From assembly GCF_009914755.1 (NCBI RefSeq), contig NC_060930.1: 64,000 bases of DNA; one strand, written 5' to 3'. Below, piece after piece: positions 26,300-41,520 of this stretch (position 1 is its first letter; each line of letters starts with the position of its first letter). This DNA is from the human T2T-CHM13v2.0 reference genome, Homo sapiens. The position numbers and the translations under genes are program-made. The notes beneath the pieces were generated by a model. It had not been told where the DNA came from, ran no database searches, and saw only the letters and a program-made list of their open reading frames with translations.

Positions 26300-26550
26300 T
26301 GTCAGAAGCCCTCCAAGACTTCCATCTGTAGGATGAATGAGCTGCCCTTCTTATTTTCTCTCAGAGTAACCTGGGTAGACATTTTCAGAGTATCTTTTAT
26401 AATGTAATTGTAAATTCCCTTAACTATAAGCATTATCATGTCAGAATCCTGTCTGGTCTACATCCGTGCTTTCTGAAGTCAACATGGAACCTGACACATA
26501 GTAGGTACACAATAAAAACTTGTAAAATGGGTGAGTGAAGGGATGAAGGA
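26300..26550 (+). mobile_element. L2 3'-end fragment
   Basis: cctgacacatagtaggtacacaataaaaacttgt...gaagggatgaa tail pattern. Confidence 0.55.
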
Positions 26551-26994
26551 ATGCATCTGTCATCTGGTATAATTTTATTTACATTCTGAAGTTTGAACCC
26601 AATCCTTCCCTCCATTTGCAAATTATAATATTCTGCTTATTAGCAAATGCTTCTGAGACTCTCATCTCTTTCAAGATTGATTCCTCCATTTTCCTGAGGC
26701 CAAGGGAGCTCTATCCCAGTCTGGCATGCTCACATTCTCCCAGCTTTCCTACTATTGCCATTTTCTGCTTTAGCAGTTCTGTGCCCTTCCTGCCTTGGTT
26801 CTAGTGGTCTGTATTCTCACAATTCCCTGTTTGTTTAATTACTACCTATGTCACCATAAGATTTCCTATATCCTGCATCTTTCTGATTCAGAAGCCCATC
26901 CATGGTTTATCTTCTTATGCAAATGGAGGAGATTTCATACCACCTGATCCAAGATCTCTAAAGTGACCTGGCTTCTGTGAAACAATGCAGACAT

Positions 26995-27540
26995 ATGGTA
27001 CCATCAACACTTACTAATTGCCTTCCCAACATCTTTTTTCCTCTTTATATCACTAGGGATGGTATGATTATCTTTTGAGAGGTTTTGTCTCCCCTATTAT
27101 CAGAACTGCATTTTGGTTGAAATTTTCTTTTTTTCTTGACTTTAAGAGTGAAGCCTTACTGGTTTAAACAAATTTTGTATATTTTATTCTTTTAGGCCCA
27201 GATGGTCATCTGACCCAGTAAAGGACAAAGCATAGAAAAAAATCCCATGCCTTTTCCAGGAACTACTGGACAATAGTCTCAATTTTCCTCTGTGTGGTAT
27301 AATGTGTTATAGGAAAGCTAGAATTACTGTAGTCATTTTGTTACCTCATTGAAAGAATCTAGAGTTTTTGGGGGCCACAAGAGATGGGGGCCTAAAAACG
27401 TAACTAGATTTGGTTTCCTCAGAAATAACTACTATCTTTTTGCCCAGATTTGAAAAATACCCTTTATTCTTTAATTCAATTTGAGGTTTTTATTCTTTCT
27501 GTATTACCTTTGTTTTCTATAATCAAAAGAATCTAAACAC
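26995..27540 (+). mobile_element. Old MLT1 (I/J/K-like) LTR
   Basis: Degenerate MLT1 motifs (ggtcatctgacccag; tataatcaaaagaatctaaac). Confidence 0.35.
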
Positions 27541-27879
27541 AAAGACATAGATCACACTGAAGATTTTACATCTCACCTAAATAATAGGGCTTTAGAGTTC
27601 AGATATTGAAAAAAAAATTATGCTAAGAAACAAGTAAAGCAACAGGTAATTAAAGGAGGGAAATTAGAAAAATCATGGTGACAAAAATAGGCTTCAATTA
27701 ATCTGGATTGTTTTTAAATAAGACACCGAGATCAATTAACCAATTGATAGTTAATAGTTAATCAAGTTGATCCCCAGTATGTAAAGATGAATATATGGGA
27801 GATCAAAGAAATAAATCAAGTCTTATAACTTTGTGAAACTGAATGGCTGCCACTTTATCGGTATTGCCTTGTTAACTTG

Positions 27880-28300
27880 TATATTTGTTAGGATCCCAGC
27901 TCAAGTAATGGAAGCTAAGAAGCTTTAGCTCAAGAAGGGGATTTATTTAATGGACACTGGAGTATCAAGAGAATCCAAGAACAGATAGGCAGCTCAACCT
28001 CAGGAACAAATTAGAACCAGGAACCTATTAGGATTCTACTCTATTATCTTTACATCTCTCTGCATGTCTGCTCCCCTGTCTTTCTCTAAGCAAAATACTG
28101 TCCTCTGTCTCTCTCTCCTTTGCTCCTAATTCCAAATTATTGGGAAGGAGATTGTAATTGACCTAGCTAGATCTGGAACCCAATCTGCAGTATGTAACTA
28201 TGCCATAGAATGGAATCATAGTTTATGAACATATGTAGAAAATTCAAGAAGTTGGAATTATGGTACTTTCCTGAAAAGAAGGAGAGTTAATTAAACCCAA
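27880..28300 (-). mobile_element. Old MLT1 (K/L-like) LTR
   Basis: aagaaggggatttatttaatggacactggagtatc..agaatccaag...aaccaggaac pattern. Confidence 0.35.
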
Positions 28301-29680
28301 TTGGTGTCCACAGTTGGTTAAGGGAACCATAGACTATAGCACGACAATATTATGGGACTCTTTTTCTGTCTCTTTCTATACTATAATATTGGATTATTGG
28401 CTTTTACATCTACTGTTACTATGCAGCTTTCTAATCTTGTTGCTGTAGCAAAAGAAATAAGAGACACATTTTGTCTGTGTTTTTGTCTGGTTTAATGCTG
28501 GGATGTAAGCTTGGAGTCACCACTCTCTGAGGTGACATGTAAGCCTCTCCAACAGAGCAATTGTTTATTGACCACAACCACAAAGGAGCACAAAGCTCAT
28601 CATTCCTGGACTTGTTAGATATTAACAGACTACGTTTTTATATAACTCATTTCCCAAAAGCTTACCATTGTATTTCTCTCCATAGCATTGTCCTACTAAA
28701 CAAAGATTATTGCATTAAATGTGTATTGTATACTTCAACAAAGCTTTAAAAAAATATTTTCTTCATTTTCAATTGGCCTTTCCTCTTAATTCCAAGCTCA
28801 ACTTCTTGATACATTCTCCCATTTATTTATTCAGAATATTTAATGCACAATCCACACAAGATGATTTCTCCCTCCGCTTCTTTTACAAGGTGAAGTCCTA
28901 AGTACAACTTCGTTGACTTGATTTTATTCTTCATGCAACTTTGTTATTCATTCTACTGCTCAGAAATGAAAATTATACAATTTGCTGCAAAACTAAATCT
29001 TCACAAATTGTTTGTTCAAGCCCCAGCAATTCTTAATGATCAAATCATGAACACCAGGAAATAGAAGTCTAAAATAGAAATGCTGACAAGCACTTACATA
29101 CAACACATTGAATGATGATGCCATAATGCACTATATTAGATGTACTCCTCAGAGCTTATTGCCAGTGGTGAGTCTATAAATTCCTGAATTAAACCTCAAC
29201 TGCTCACAGCTTATACTTTTAAATTAGATTTCCTACTTTATTCTCTCCTTAGAGAAATCTGAGCTGCAGAAGCGAGTATACATAGGCAAATAAAAATAGA
29301 ATAAACTAAACGACTTATATCAGGTCTAAAATGCATTTCTAGCATGTTGCTACTATAGAAAATGGTGTGTTCATTTCACAAAATATGTCTTTAGGCACAT
29401 CGTATTAAATAGCTGTGGTCATTTCCAATAAATAAAGGAAAAGCAGAGGGAGGACTGACAAATAGTATCCTCTGAAATGAAAACTAGATGATTTAGAAAT
29501 TTTGGATAGTATTCGTTAGTTTTAAAATATTTTGTTCAGTATTTTTAATAAACTCAGATTTTTCCTACTATTTAAGATATGAAATAATGCCAGTTTTCTC
29601 ATTTTTTATTCATATTGGCAGCAAATTTCACCCATAGATATATCGGAATCAATTTGATTTTAGAATCCTTACAGATATTT

Positions 29681-30968
<1,288 letters not shown>

Positions 30969-31394
30969 TTACAGATATTTCCTAAGACAGAGTCATTTGG
31001 AGAATGTGACTTTTATTTAGCTAGTCTTGACACATTTATAAATAACATTTAGTTAAATGAAGATGGTTAGTTCACATTATTGCTCAGGGATTCTGAATGT
31101 GAGGAGTGGAGTATATGAAGAGCATGAAAAAGGTTCTTCCTAGAATCTGTAAGTAAGATTTATTAAGTTTTTGATGTTCAAATATTTTATAAATTCAACT
31201 GGAATTTCATCTTGAAACTGTACTACAAACTTTAGAAAGTCAAGAATGAACTGCATGGAAAACCATCATTACATTATTCCTGTAAGTCTCTCAGAGAAAC
31301 ATACTTTTTTACTCATTTTTATTTGTGATCTTAAGCAAGTTGTCAATAATCAAAACAAACATTCATGTTGAACACATCAAGATGCACACATAAA

Positions 31395-31705
<311 letters not shown>

Positions 31706-32977
31706 CTTGAATATTTAGAGAAAAGAATTTATTTTATGGTCTAAATATTTTAGAAAAATACAAACAGAACTTATTTGTTTAAATCATGTCAGCTTTTTCC
31801 ACAGTAATAAAATAGAAAATGTATTTTAACTTGTTTCATTTGCTTTCAAGTAATAGGCTTTTAAAAGTCTTTTAAATAAAAAGACTTTCAATTAAAAACT
31901 CAACATGAAATGGGAATGAACCAAATTGAATAAGAAATCACCAAATCAGATAACAATCTGGTTTCCTTAAATTGACTTTTTTATCAGGCACTTAGATGCT
32001 AAAATATTTTTATTAAATATGTTTTGGCATTTTTTTAATTGTAATAATACTTATGTAGGAGCGGATGCCCAAATAGAAATGTAATCTTCAGAGACAACAT
32101 TCCCAGTTAGAATGCATCTCTGAGATCTAAAGTTTTTGTGCAAACTTAAAACCTATGCAGCCTTAAAGCCAAAACAACATCATCAAGAGTATCCTCTGGA
32201 GAACACATGACAGGGTTAAGGAAGATGCCTCTTTCTTGAATTATTCACTCATTTAATTTAATGGAAAGTTTTAGAGACAGTATTAGATGTGGAGTCATTG
32301 AGAAGTCACCCATGTGTAGAATAGTTAGTTCAACTGCTGACAGTCTTTCCAAATTTCCTTTTGCAATTTAAGCCTTGTCTTCCTTGTTGAAGATAATGTG
32401 ATTAGGCTAGATCCTTAAATAGAGAGGTAAATTAAAACATTATCACCCAAATTCATCTGTTTGTCATTTCCATTTCTTAGTGAAGCTTAAAATATACAGC
32501 ATAGTGTTAAACTATATCACCTGTCCCTTCTTTTATATATTTTTGTTAGGACAATGGATTAGAATCTATGCTTGTAAGTTTTTGACTAATAGACATTTAC
32601 TAATTTAACTATAAAACCAGTTGCAGGAAATCTCTGGAATTTTACCTGGGTGAAATGCCTCCCATAGCCAGAAATTGCACAGTCTCCTAAAGTTAAAAGC
32701 TGAAAACCAATGGGGTATCCTGTTCCTACTTTTATTTTCCTGATAGAAGGAAAGAAGGTCTGAACTAAAGGATGCACTTTCATCTCTACTATCCTTTTAG
32801 AAAGCTGCTTTAATGAACCTTTTATCCTTTCTCTGTAAATGTAAAAGTGCCAGTAATATCCTCAAAATGAAAGGGAAAAAAATCCTAGTATACAGACATT
32901 CCTTAGATGCAGGCTCAGGCCTCTTCAGCTTTCTTTTCATATTTTCTTCCTAATCCAACCTATCTATCCCTCTAATT

Positions 32978-33178
32978 CAGAGGTTAGCTTTTTTTTTTGT
33001 TTGTTTTTCTTGTAAATGGTCAGGAAACAAATTTTACAGGTTTCATGAACCACATGGTGTCTGTTACAACTATGAAATCTACCACTGTAACATGACAACA
33101 ACCATGAACAATACTTAAATAAATGAGAAGAGCTATGTTTCAACAGAACATCATTTACAAAAAAATGGACGGCAGGCT
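32978..33178. mobile_element. MER58A (hAT-Charlie) remnant
   Basis: tgtaaatggtcagg...cacatggtgtctgttacaactat...aataaatgag...tttacaaaaaaatggacggcagg. Confidence 0.65.
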
Positions 33179-34179
33179 CTTACAACTGGCTACAAGAGAA
33201 CTTGGCTAAATATCACTAACGTGAATGTTCGCAAATTTTTCTTCCTGCTTCCCATTGAGAGACCTCTTGCATCACACAATTTTTGCTTTTTTTGTTTTTA
33301 ATAAATCTTAAAGTGGCTTCTCCTTAGATTGTTAAAGGTGAAGTGATTTTATAATAAAAAATAAAGAGGATAATATGATGAGAAATACATCTCAAGGTCG
33401 GAGGATACATTTTTCAGAGCTTGAGAAGAGTGGAAGCTGATAGAAAGCAATACTATGGTGCAGGTGTGTGACTGCAAAATAGTGAACATGTTACATAATA
33501 GACTTTTAGTACCTACTCAGAGATAAAACAGCCTACACATCACCTTGACCATATGATATAACTTGCATTAGTATGCTTTCAGGTGTTAAAACTCAGGGAG
33601 AAGTTTATGAGAATGTTTTCCTGGCAATGCTTATACTGTGTGACCTACTCATAGAAATATCTTTTTTGGATATGGGACCCTGGTTTTCTTCTTTAACTGC
33701 CATTATATCTTTTCTGTCAAATCAACCATATTCTGTGAAGATCTTTGGAGTTGTGCTTTTGTCCTTTAATATAAATTATTTTGAAATTACTTTTGTTTGA
33801 ATGGACAATTTCTATAGACCAACGAAGACACCACTGTAGGTTAAACACAAGGGTATCATGAGTTCTGGACAAGATTGTGAAGTGAAGGGAGTAAATGAAA
33901 GGAATTTGAACTTCATTCTGCATACGAGAGGCCATTTAGTGTGGTGATAAAAGCATGTGATTTGGGGTTAGAGATATCTATGTTCAAATAAATCTCTGCA
34001 TTTTCTATCTACAGGATTGGTCAAGCTGCTTAGGGTCTCTATAAAAGAGAATAATGATAATTAAGTCAGGTAGGTCTAAAGAGGTTAGGCAATTTTCATA
34101 AAGGAACTAAATGACAGAGATTGGATTTGAACACTGCCTCCCACTCCAGGCCACATCTTCATTAAGAAATCCCTGCCTC

Positions 34180-34752
34180 ACTGTCTCATGATTTATAATC
34201 CTTTGGGTATAAATCATGCTGCTATAAAGACACATGCACATGTATGTTTATTGTGGCACTATTCACAATAGCAAAGACTTGGAACCAAGCCAAATGTCCT
34301 ACAATGATAGACTGGATTAAGAAAATGTGGCATATGTACACCATGGAATACTATGCAGCCATAAAGAAGGATGAGTTCATGTCCTTTGTAGGGACATGGA
34401 TGAAGCTGGAAACCATCATTCTCAGCAAACTATTGCAAGGACAAAAAACCAAACACTGCATGTTCTCACTCATAGGTGGGAATTGAACAATGAGAACACA
34501 TGGACACAGGAAGGGGAACATCACACACTGGGGCCTGTTGTGGAGTGGGGGAAGGGGGGAGGGATAGCATTAGGAGATATACCTAATGTTAAATGACGAG
34601 TTAATGGGTGCAGCACACCAATATGGCACATGTATACATATGTAACCAACATGCATGCTGTGCACATGTACCCTAAAACTTAAAGTATAATAAAAACAAA
34701 AACAAAACCAGAAAAACAACAACAAACTCCCTAAAAAAAAAAAAAAAGAAAA
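34180..34752 (+). mobile_element. L1PA3-type 3' fragment with 24-nt 5' inversion
   Basis: 3'UTR ggagatatacctaatgttaaatgacgag...ccctaaaacttaaag. Perfect 16-bp TSD aagaaatccctgcctc at 34164-34179 and 34753-34768. Confidence 0.93.
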
Positions 34753-34859
34753 AAGAAATCCCTGCCTCTTTATATGTAACACATCATTTCTGTATCTTTA
34801 TTCCCAAGGAGGGGTTTTCCTCCTCCTATTCCAACATTATTTCATCTTTGGTAAGTTTG

Positions 34860-35390
34860 CTCATCAGTCAGAATTACTACTTGAAAATATAAGAAGCCAC
34901 ACCTGGTTAATGTAATATGAAAAAGAAATTATTGAAAAGATGGCAGTATGTCACAGAATCAATGAGAAGGCTAAAGAAACAGACTACAAAAACTGGCAAG
35001 AGTTGAAACAGACTAGGGAACAAGAACTGCAGCCAAAACCATTCCAAAGGAATAGTAGGTAGGCCACATGCCGCCCCTGTTGACACCATCATTGTGACTG
35101 CTATGGAACGTGGATGTACCGCCATCACAAATAGCACAGCACCAGAGGCTGCCTCCACTGTTCCTTCCAGAATGAATTATAAGATCTTTAGTTTTTTCTG
35201 GCATCACTTACCTCATATCTAAAGCCCTGAACAGGAGTATCCAAGCATTTTAGCTAATGCTCATGCATCCTAGGAGCTGGGAGAGGGAATATTGGTCGGG
35301 GTCGTACTTCCTAGCTGTGCTGGAACTCCTCAATTAGGCAGGGTGTCTAGGCAGTAAACATGATAAACAGTCACTTTAGTGGCATGTTCT
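34860..35390. mobile_element. Old MLT1N2-like LTR
   Basis: cacagaatcaatgagaaggct...gaactgcagccaaaacc...gctgcctccactg pattern; degenerate. Confidence 0.4.
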
Positions 35391-37847
35391 CCACTAAAGC
35401 GTAGTCTCCCTGACAGTAGGTACCAGAGATATCCTGTGGAGTCCTCATTTTCCTGTAATTAACTCAGAAGCACTTCCCTTTCCTATTTACATCTATTTTT
35501 TTTCTTCTCCATCTTGGGGTGTCTCTCTCCTCCACAGATTATCTTGGAAGGGCATAGATATGTCCTTCCTAGCCACCAAATCATTACTAATTCCTTTATT
35601 TTTTAGTGTTTCAAGATCTTAAATCTGAAAAAAATAAAAACTAACAAGATTTAAGAAATAGGGGATTTGAAATGTATCAAGGAGTCTTATAAAGTTCTTT
35701 TGGGTATAATTTCTAATCTAAATGCCTAATTTTCTTACTAGATTATATGCAGAAGTCTTGTTACATGAGGCAGAAAAGCAATCAGATGAATTGCGCTTTA
35801 ACGCAGGATATATTTACACTTTGAAATCTACTATAAACTCCAGCCCTTGTTAGTAGCAATTGACCAATCCTTTTTGTGGTCTTTCTACTATCTCCTGGAG
35901 TGTAAGCCCTTCTCCATCTGCTGCTGTTGCTACAATTTTAGGTTGTGGCTGAGAGATCCATATAAATTTTCACCAATAGGAGAGATATGGTCAATTCAGG
36001 GTAACCCCCGCTCTAGTCTAGCAGTTTGCTGTTCCAAATTATAAGCATTCAGTAAATATTTCATTTGAATTGAAGCAAAATGATCATAGTCCCCCTCCCA
36101 CCACCATGACGGAACTTCCAGATTATTTACATGTGAGCCTTAGAAAACAGCTTTATTCAAAGAGTAATGATTGACTCTGGTGAGTGAGAAAAACTCCTCT
36201 ACTTGTTAGATTTACAGTGGTACCATACATTTTGGTTAGAGAAATGGTTACATACATGTCTGCTTTATTTAAATCTAAAATATAATTAAATAAATATTAT
36301 TCTCTTTAGTTAATAATTGTGTTCCATTTGTACAACTTGACTGAATGCCTTAAGAAAATGTTTCTCAGCAGCCTGGATTATAATTATATGACAAATAGGA
36401 GTTCCCCTCTCTCCCCCAAACTCAAATCACTAGGATAAAACATATTTACAAGTGCTTTTTTTCTCATAGTTTTCATTGTGTTATTCTTTATCATACTTTC
36501 AGTTGAAGCAGATACAGTGCCATCTTGAAGTTTAAAAAACAAGCTAAAGACACATTTAACTGAAATCAATAGAGAAAAAATGAAAAGTGAGAAAAATAGG
36601 TCAACCATGCTGTTTTATAATTATACTGTGGATTTTCCTTCCAATAAATTACTCTAGCAATACATCTAGCAAAAATTTAAATTATCCAGGGAGGATTTTA
36701 CAGATGATCAGTGATGACACTAATATATACCTTGGCTGAAATGCAGCATGCTAAAACAGGAACCCAGTTCTCAAAGGTTAAAAATCTAATCAATAACTTG
36801 CTGAAAGAAAATTTATTAGAGAGGATCTGCAACAATTTTATGGAGAATAAAAGAGGCAAATATTAAACAAGGCAGGTCAAATTAATGTTTGATTTCTGAT
36901 CTGTGAAAGCATTAAACTGGTATTAGTGAAACTCTATACCATTGTCTAAATGGTTGCTTTTGTTTTCCAAATTAACTCAACCTAGAACAACACAGCGGTT
37001 AGGTAGTAATCTGATGTATATCAGTCGCATATACAATAATTAGGAAAATTCAATTCCCAAAGTCAAAATTAGGCAGTTTTGGCTTTTGTCCACTCAGAGC
37101 AACCCATTGTAACTCTCTCAAGGGGAAAATTAATCTTAGAAATAAGTATAACAGAATTCCCATGGTAAATATTCCTTATTTTCTGATTCTCAGGGCACAG
37201 TTCTCATTCATGTTCACATACCTAGAATTTTAAAACTTCAACCTTTGACAGAATGTAAGGCATAAATCCATGTATAGAAAACCATGCAAATCTGATTATT
37301 ATCTATCTCTCATATATTTGCCAATTAAAGGAAGAGTAGACAGACCGGGTGCATTCATACATATTTTTTTCCCATCCAAATTCATATATTCTGAAAGGTT
37401 ACAAAATAACTTCCTCAGGGCACATTTTATTGAATCATACATATATATATCAAATTTTATTTTTCTAGTACGACATTAATTTAAAATGTTAAAATGTCTA
37501 TTTAGTAATCCTTCTGAAATTTTTCTTACAATAACTAGTTAATAGTAACACCAAGACCAAAAGCATTTTATCAAAGAGAAGTCAAATTATTATTGTTACT
37601 CATCTATAGTTGTGTTTTTCGTTGCATTCTAATTCTTCAATACTTTATAATTTTATACTGTTATAATATACCTACTCTTTCTCTTGACCAGAATATTGGA
37701 TTTGTATAAACTCCATTCCCTTAACTTCACAGACAGCAATGTGTTTGATTTTACAACATTCTGCCTAATATAGCCATATAAAGTGTTGAATCTCCACGCT
37801 CAGTTTTGTGTCTCACAGGTTGATGCTACACTTGCCTCATTGATGAG

Positions 37848-37870
37848 AAAAAAAAAAAAAAAAAAAAAAA
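37848..37870. repeat. Isolated poly(A) tract (A23)
   Basis: Read directly; no adjacent SINE or LINE body. Confidence 0.9.
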
Positions 37871-39419
37871 CAAATAAAATGCAGGCTCCATAGCAGCTGG
37901 AGCTTGGGGTACTCATTTTCAGTTGAGAGCTGATAATCAGGCTGCATCCGTTCAAGCACATAACTAAAGGTAAGACAGTTCCATCACAGACAAAACTACT
38001 CAGAAGTAATTTCATTCCTAATTATGGGTCATGATAGAATATGTTTGTACCTAATCTATAATGGAATGTAACCTCCTGGGAAATAAAGGAACCAAGATAT
38101 TAAAATCACATTTTTAATTTAGAAGTTAGGGATAACTCCTGTTTGGAAATGTTTTATAAATATGAAAAAGAGTAATTTGTGAAAAGACAAAAGTCTACAA
38201 AAGGAAAGAAACATTTTTCCCAAGATTCTGGCTGGGATAGAGGGGTTGTATATACTGATATACCATGTAGCTGTGTATATGGTTATAGAGATATATATCA
38301 AAGAAAGAGGCATGGACAAAGGCAGAAATTGAGGCCAAGATGGAGAAGTTGAAACTTGTATTCAAAGATATCTGAGAACATTCTTACACTCTGTCCTAAA
38401 TTCTCTTAGTTAGCTTTCAAATGAAGATAATTACTTTGAAATCATCATTAAATTTATCAGTTCACCAAACTAATGAATTTAAATGCCATGAATTAATAAA
38501 TTCATTGTTTCAAAACTGTTGAAGTTATTCCATGGAAAAAAACTTACATACTTAGGTTAAAATAGGCTCAGTCTATTTATCACTGCATCAGTTTGTAGTG
38601 TAACAAACTCAAGTGGACTAAATTTATACATATTTAATGTTTTGGATGCTGAATAGGACTATCAATGTTCTAGTAACCTAGAAATTTCCCTAGATTCATA
38701 AAACATTCCTTTCTTTTCATGTGCATGTAATATAATCCCACATAAACCAAATAAGTAGAATTACAAGTGCATAAAATTGTCTCTAGTCTGAAACACACAA
38801 TGGCTACCTTTTAAACCCAGTTACAGAATCAAGAGTGGTTGAAATTACGTTAGCGAGGGTCTGACTACAGGGCCCTCCATTCAGATACTAGACACAATGT
38901 TGGCTCTGTTTCTTAAAAAATGAATTTGCAATTTTACTTCTTATTCAATGGTCTAATCCACGGAGTGCATTCAAAATTTCCTCACATTTATTTAATTCAG
39001 GTTCCTGTGTTCTCTAAAGTGGCATATAATTGTAGTTATTAGAGAAATGCCACCATTACAGAATGTGCCCAACTGAAAAGTTTGCACATCAGTACCACTT
39101 AGAGTTTGAAATATCTACTGAATTCATTTGTGAGGGTTTCTAGAATGTATCAATATGCTTGCATCAAAATGTAATTCGGTGATGTTCAAACGATTACAAT
39201 GCTTAATAGGGTTGTATCTCTAAAGAAATTTTTTGTTGCCTGATTTGAAAAACTCATTGCAATATTTCTCAAATTCTTGAGATTCAAAGAAACATATATT
39301 ATTGTGAGAGATTCAACAAAAAAAATCAATGTGGAAATATATTTTTCAAACCTTCTGAACTTATTTTTCTTCTTGGAGAATCAAAATACACATTCGAGTA
39401 ATAAAGACTCTGAGGAATC

Positions 39420-39825
39420 GTGATCAAAAGAAAGTTGTTTATAGTTGTTAACATTTGTTTAATGCAGCATTTCTTAAAAGCATGTTTGACTATAGAGCCA
39501 AGGCAAGACTTTTAGCCTCAAATATTTTCACATGCAATAACCTATTTATCTGAAGAACACTTTGAAAATGCTTGCTTATTGAAACATACAGTTTTTGCTG
39601 CACACAAGGTAATAACAATTACTTAATTGCAACTCCTTAATGCTTAAATTTAATCTCACATCTTGTAATCTCAGACACAAGTTTGTAACCTGGGTCCATG
39701 GGCTGTATGGAGTTAGTAAGCTCTTGAAAACTGTATGTAAAACGTGGGTATATTCATATTTCTCTAGGAGACAGTAAACAACCTTCATCTGATTATAAAA
39801 AGTCCATGACTGAAATATTAGGTGT
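39420..39825. mobile_element. Degenerate hAT-Charlie MER-type remnants
   Basis: cagcatttcttaaa...gaacactttgaaaatgct and aacctgggtccatgg...catctgatt...gtccatgac patterns. Confidence 0.35.
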
Positions 39826-40882
39826 CCTTAATCTAGTAAATGCTAAACATCTATTTCAAAAGTAAGAATTTTTAAAATGCATTAATAAATATTTTAAGTG
39901 CTTATGAGTGGAAACAAAAGTGTATATAGTCAAGTCCATCCTGAATAGGTGATATTATGAACAGAAAGTAAGTTTCACATCAATCATACACATGCATTGT
40001 GGAAAACAGCAGCAATTGCACCTGTTTCTCAGCTTCCGATATCACCTCAGTTTATGCTTCAAAATAACTCTGACATCTTCACTGAATCACTCTAGTTTTC
40101 CTACTGTGACTAATTCTGTTCCACCATGTTACACCAAAAAAGTGTATTTTCTATGTTTATCACGGTAGTGTTCAAGGAATTGCCTTTTTCCAGAATTGAG
40201 TTGAGGAGGATGACTCTTGCCAATTTATAAATTAATTGTTCATGAAGAGGTCAATGAAAAAAGGTAAGTTTTTATTGTGGCAAAAAAAAACTGAGTAGCT
40301 CCAGTGTTTTATTCTCATAAAAATTAATACAAAGTTTAAGTGATTGAAGAAAATAAGATAATAATCTGAAAATGAAAACTAGGATCCCTACAGGGTTCTC
40401 CATCTTACATAGTTTAAAGAAATCCTATTCAAATAGCAGACAGAAAGTTTTATAAAATTTATTGGTTCCTTTTTTATAACTTGGTAGCAAAAGCCAGGAT
40501 TTTTTTTTATCATGTCTTCATTTTCTTTGGCTAGACTGTAAAAGGAGAAATGTCAGTTAATAGCACCCACTTTTTATTTTATAAAATAAATATACATTTA
40601 TTGTTTTAAGTATGCAATTATTATTTTATATAGGTTGGGAGAAAGTCATTTGTTAAAATCCAGATGAGATGTTTAAGAGGCATATTTAGTTATTTGATAC
40701 TTACTTGTTTTGAAATTCAAGTTCCTCCCCCCTTGGTCAGAAAGTAGCCAAGTGCCTTTGGGGGTATAACAATTAAGTTGTTCTGATTGAATTGCAACAA
40801 ACTGCTATTTTTTTGAAAATAAGATGACATTCTTTTAGAATTTAACAAACATACAAATGGGGAAAGGGATTAAAAATGTTTA

Positions 40883-41065
<183 letters not shown>

Positions 41066-41232
41066 CTACTAAGGAGATTATAAGTGTTTGTTCTAGAAAG
41101 AATGAAAAAAGCCTATCTTATCTAGACCCCAAATAATTAATGGGTGTAGAGTAATAATAAATAATAAATATGTACATAGTAAAATATATGTTTTCTTAAA
41201 TAAAGTATTTTCGATGCCCAGAACATTAAGAT

Positions 41233-41520
41233 TTTTTTTTTTTTTGAGACAGAGTCTCACTCTGTCGCTCAGGCTGGAGTGCAGTGGTGCAATCTTGGCT
41301 CACTGCAACCTCCATCTCTTGGAGCAATTCTCCTGCCTCAGCCTCCTGAGTAGCTGGGATTACAGGCACATGCCACCACGCCCGGCTAATTTTTGTATTT
41401 GTAGTAGAGACGGGGTTTCACCATGTTGGTCAGGCTAGTCTCAAACTCCTGACCTCGTGATCCACCCGCCTTGGCCTCCCGAAGTGCTGGGATTACAGGC
41501 ATGAGCCACCGCGCCTGGCC
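41233..41520 (-). mobile_element. AluSg-like
   Basis: Dimer with ctcctgacctcgtgatccacc. TSD aacattaagat at 41222-41232 and 41521-41531. Confidence 0.92.
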
